Positions 55,614 through 57,648 of a stretch of DNA of 57,648 nucleotides are shown here, one piece after another (position 1 is the first letter of the stretch; the number at the start of each line of letters is the position of its first letter). This DNA is from an uncultured Bifidobacteriaceae bacterium (GTDB lineage: Bacteria; Verrucomicrobiota; Verrucomicrobiia; Limisphaerales; JADLHS01), in the NCBI GenBank assembly GCA_964456685.1, contig CAYWCK010000001.1:1-57648 (forward strand). The letters are read 5' to 3'. The position numbers were made by a program, and so were the translations under genes. Below the pieces are notes generated by a model. That model was not told the origin of the DNA, did not search any database, and was given only the letters and a program-made list of their open reading frames with translations.

Positions 55614-55680
55614 AACCGACCCCGACCTAAAGCTTGAACAGCCGCTTTGATTTGGTAGAAAGCCTTGGGCAAAGTAATAT

Positions 55681-56451
55681 ATGATACCAAGGCGTGATCT
55701 GTTGCTCGCACTGGCGTTGGCATTAATAACCGGCACTGTCTCCATTGCACGCGCGGATTTTGATGCAGTCATACCGGCCTTTTATTCAGATGGTCTCGGA
55801 TACGGTCATTGGTCTGTTTACAACAGCTTTACGGTCCATACAAATCTTCGAGTCACCAGTGTCGAGTATTTCAATACTGTGGAGAGTAATGCAGTCATCA
55901 GGTTTTGGGCTGGGACCAACGTCCCGCTCGCTTCGTATGTGTTCCCGACCATTACCAATGGTCCTTTCGGGCCGGAAATGATCCGCAGCAATGCCGCGCT
56001 AACTTTGTTGGCCGGGCGACGTTATTCCATTTCACTCCAAAGTGGAGCGCCGGCAGGCGGGTGGGTTCAATTCGGGTATTACATGAATGCCGCCGTGACC
56101 AATTTTAAGTTAGGCCCATATCTAAGCGATCCCGTGGCGTCCACGCTTTCAACGCGTACGGGGCTGTGGCAAGCCGGGAGCAATTATTTTTTTGAAGGCG
56201 CGAACTTTCGCTATCAGCTTCAAAGCGACCCGATCTCCCAACCACGGTTGACTGTCAAGCGGAGCAATTACAACACCGTTGTCCTTTCGTGGCCGCTTCA
56301 GCCAACAGTTTTTATGCTGCAGGAAAGTGTTGACCTACCGGGTAATAACTGGACTTACACAACAAACGAAGTTGACTCCCTCAGTGGTTCCAACCGAGTG
56401 GTCATTTCGACATCGGCAAGCAATCGATTTTACCGCCTGTTCCTCCCTTAA
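55681..56451 (+). CDS. Secreted protein of unknown function with a C-terminal 'FYRL' domain (cargo of the sufC-flanked insertion)
   Basis: The signal peptide is [27 protein letters not shown] is lower than in the flanks. The last ~70 aa ([20 protein letters not shown]...NRFYRLFLP) resemble the C-termini of the large proteins at 6.6-21 kb. Confidence 0.6.
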   Translation: MIPRRDLLLALALALITGTVSIARADFDAVIPAFYSDGLGYGHWSVYNSFTVHTNLRVTSVEYFNTVESNAVIRFWAGTNVPLASYVFPTITNGPFGPEMIRSNAALTLLAGRRYSISLQSGAPAGGWVQFGYYMNAAVTNFKLGPYLSDPVASTLSTRTGLWQAGSNYFFEGANFRYQLQSDPISQPRLTVKRSNYNTVVLSWPLQPTVFMLQESVDLPGNNWTYTTNEVDSLSGSNRVVISTSASNRFYRLFLP

Positions 56452-56457
56452 GAATCG

Positions 56458-56601
56458 TCAGGCTGCGATGCTTTTGAGAATCCAGTCGTAACCTTTGGCC
56501 TCGAGTTCGAGCGCCAGATCTTTGCCGCCCGTCTTCACGATGCGGCCATCCACCAGGACGTGGACGAAGTCAGGGACAATGAAGTTCAGCAACCGTTGGT
56601 A
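56458..56601 (-). repeat. Direct-repeat partner of 55470-55613 (the 3' end of the intact sufC)
   Basis: See the pseudogene entry. There are six mismatches, and every one is silent (five third-position changes plus TGA/TAA). Confidence 0.85.
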
Positions 56602-57225
56602 GTGCGTAATGACCAACTGCGCATTTTCCGGGCGCTTGAGCTTGTTCACACCCTGGGAAACCACTTTCAGAGCGTCAATGTCGAGGCCGGAATCGGTTTC
56701 GTCCAGGATGGCGAGCTTCGGTTCGAGCACGGCCATCTGGAAAATCTCGGCGCGCTTCTTTTCGCCGCCGGAGAAACCCTCGTTCACGGAGCGCTTGAGC
56801 AGATCGTCCTTCAACTCGAGGAGCTTCATCTTCTCTTTCACCAGCGTGAGGAACTCCATCGCATCAAGTTCGGGCTGGCCGTGATGCTTGCGGACTTCAT
56901 TCAGCGCGGCCTTGAGGAAATAGGTGCTGTTTACACCCGGGATTTCAACCGGATATTGGAATGCCAGAAACACTCCCTCGCGCGCGCGCTCCTCGGGATC
57001 GAGTTCGAGCAAATCCTTGCTTTGGTAAATAACCTCGCCGCCGGTGACATCGTAGCCATCGCGCCCGGCAAGCACCGCTGCCAGCGTGCTCTTGCCGCTC
57101 CCGTTCGGGCCCATGACCGCGTGGACTTCGCCTGCATTGATCGTCAGACTCACGCCCTTGAGAATTTGTTTCCCCTCAACCCCCGCGCTGAGGTTTCGGA
57201 TTTCGAGAATAGTTTGCTTGCTCAT
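56458..57225 (-). CDS. sufC: Fe-S cluster assembly ATPase SufC
   Basis: Walker A is GPNGSGKST. The ABC signature is FSGGEKKR. Walker B is ILDETDSGLDID. The H-loop is ITHYQRLL. Confidence 0.95.
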   Translation of the reverse strand: MSKQTILEIRNLSAGVEGKQILKGVSLTINAGEVHAVMGPNGSGKSTLAAVLAGRDGYDVTGGEVIYQSKDLLELDPEERAREGVFLAFQYPVEIPGVNSTYFLKAALNEVRKHHGQPELDAMEFLTLVKEKMKLLELKDDLLKRSVNEGFSGGEKKRAEIFQMAVLEPKLAILDETDSGLDIDALKVVSQGVNKLKRPENAQLVITHYQRLLNFIVPDFVHVLVDGRIVKTGGKDLALELEAKGYDWILKSIAA

Positions 57226-57236
57226 TTTCTAAAAAA

Positions 57237-57648
57237 TCATCCAACGCTTCCTTCCAAACTTACTCCGAGCAGCTTTTGCGCTTCCACCGCAAATTCCATC
57301 GGCAGCTCCTTGAACACTTCCTTGCAGAAGCCGTTCACGATCATGTTCACGGCGTCCTGCGTTGCGATCCCCCGGGCGTTGCAGTAAAAAATTTGGTCCT
57401 CGCCGATCTTCGAGGTGCTCGCCTCGTGTTCAACCGATGACGACGTGTTTTTCACTTCGATGTATGGAAACGTATGTGCGCCACACTTCGCGCCGATCAA
57501 CATCGAGTCGCATTGTGAAAAGTTGCGCGAGTTCGCCGCGCTCTTACGAATTTCCACCAACCCGCGATAGCTGTTTTGCCCACGTCCCGCTGAGATGCCC
57601 TTCGACACGATCGTGCTGCTCGTGTTCTTGCCGATGTGGATCATCTTC
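57237..57648 (-). CDS. sufB: Fe-S cluster assembly scaffold SufB. This is the C-terminal part; the gene runs off the right edge.
   Basis: ...[28 protein letters not shown]...[20 protein letters not shown]...[16 protein letters not shown]...[18 protein letters not shown] is collinear with the E. coli SufB C-terminus. Confidence 0.9.
   Translation of the reverse strand, partial: KMIHIGKNTSSTIVSKGISAGRGQNSYRGLVEIRKSAANSRNFSQCDSMLIGAKCGAHTFPYIEVKNTSSSVEHEASTSKIGEDQIFYCNARGIATQDAVNMIVNGFCKEVFKELPMEFAVEAQKLLGVSLEGSVG

Noticed and set aside
55470-55772. A 100-aa ORF that could be called as a small gene
   Set aside because: Its C-terminal 47 residues are a verbatim copy of the SufC C-terminus and the remainder is unrelated read-through. 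I interpret it as a gene fragment, not a functional CDS.
1-57648. Looked for CRISPR arrays, tRNA/rRNA genes, IS elements, integrases, reverse transcriptases and toxin-antitoxin pairs
   Set aside because: - I saw no regularly spaced direct repeats.
- No intergenic region has tRNA-like cloverleaf features.
- No ORF has transposase (DDE), tyrosine- or serine-recombinase, or RT (YxDD) motifs.
- This was a by-eye survey, so short or degenerate elements could have been missed.

Overview
This is a 57.6-kb, high-GC window (about 60-70% GC by eye in most lines). It carries about 48 protein-coding genes. I found no rRNA, tRNA, CRISPR array, transposase or integrase.

The gene content points to a PVC-type bacterium, most likely Verrucomicrobiota or Planctomycetota. 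The signals are prepilin-leader/DUF1559 'H-X9-DG' proteins, Tat-signal Gfo/Idh/MocA oxidoreductases, a ThuA-like protein, and giant secreted proteins. This taxonomic call is inference only.

**Layout**
- **1-23.1 kb:** a compact, mostly minus-strand locus.
  - It holds two secreted glycerophosphodiester phosphodiesterases (one fused to LamG), a giant metallophosphoesterase exoprotein and a PHP-type metallohydrolase.
  - It also holds a HAD-IIA phosphatase, GlpD, two tandem GlpT-type transporters, three very large secreted proteins and two pseudopilin-like DUF1559 proteins.
  - A GntR/HutC regulator is present, and a shared TTAACGCACTA palindromic motif sits in front of each of the three transcription units.
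  - I read it as a candidate glycerophosphodiester-polymer scavenging system.
- **23-40 kb:** an M16 peptidase pair, a beta-CASP nuclease next to an AddB-like nuclease with no AddA, ThuA and Gfo/Idh/MocA genes, YceI, TauE, an LptF/G permease and a GAF histidine kinase.
- **39.5-44.4 kb:** a clearly lower-GC block (about 40-52% by eye) containing pgi and mnmG.
- **44.55-46.08 kb:** a membrane protein joining a CHASE2 extracytoplasmic sensor domain to a cytoplasmic TIR domain. This is the most unusual single gene in the window.
- **47.3-47.8 kb:** a hairpin-dense intergenic region with a perfect 28-bp nested inverted repeat.
- **47.8-57.6 kb:** korAB, small housekeeping genes, two cyclophilins and sufCB.
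- **55.47-56.60 kb:** a 144-bp copy of the sufC 3' end and the real sufC 3' end flank an inserted low-GC gene. All six differences between the two copies are silent.

All domain calls come from reading motifs by eye. No searches were run.
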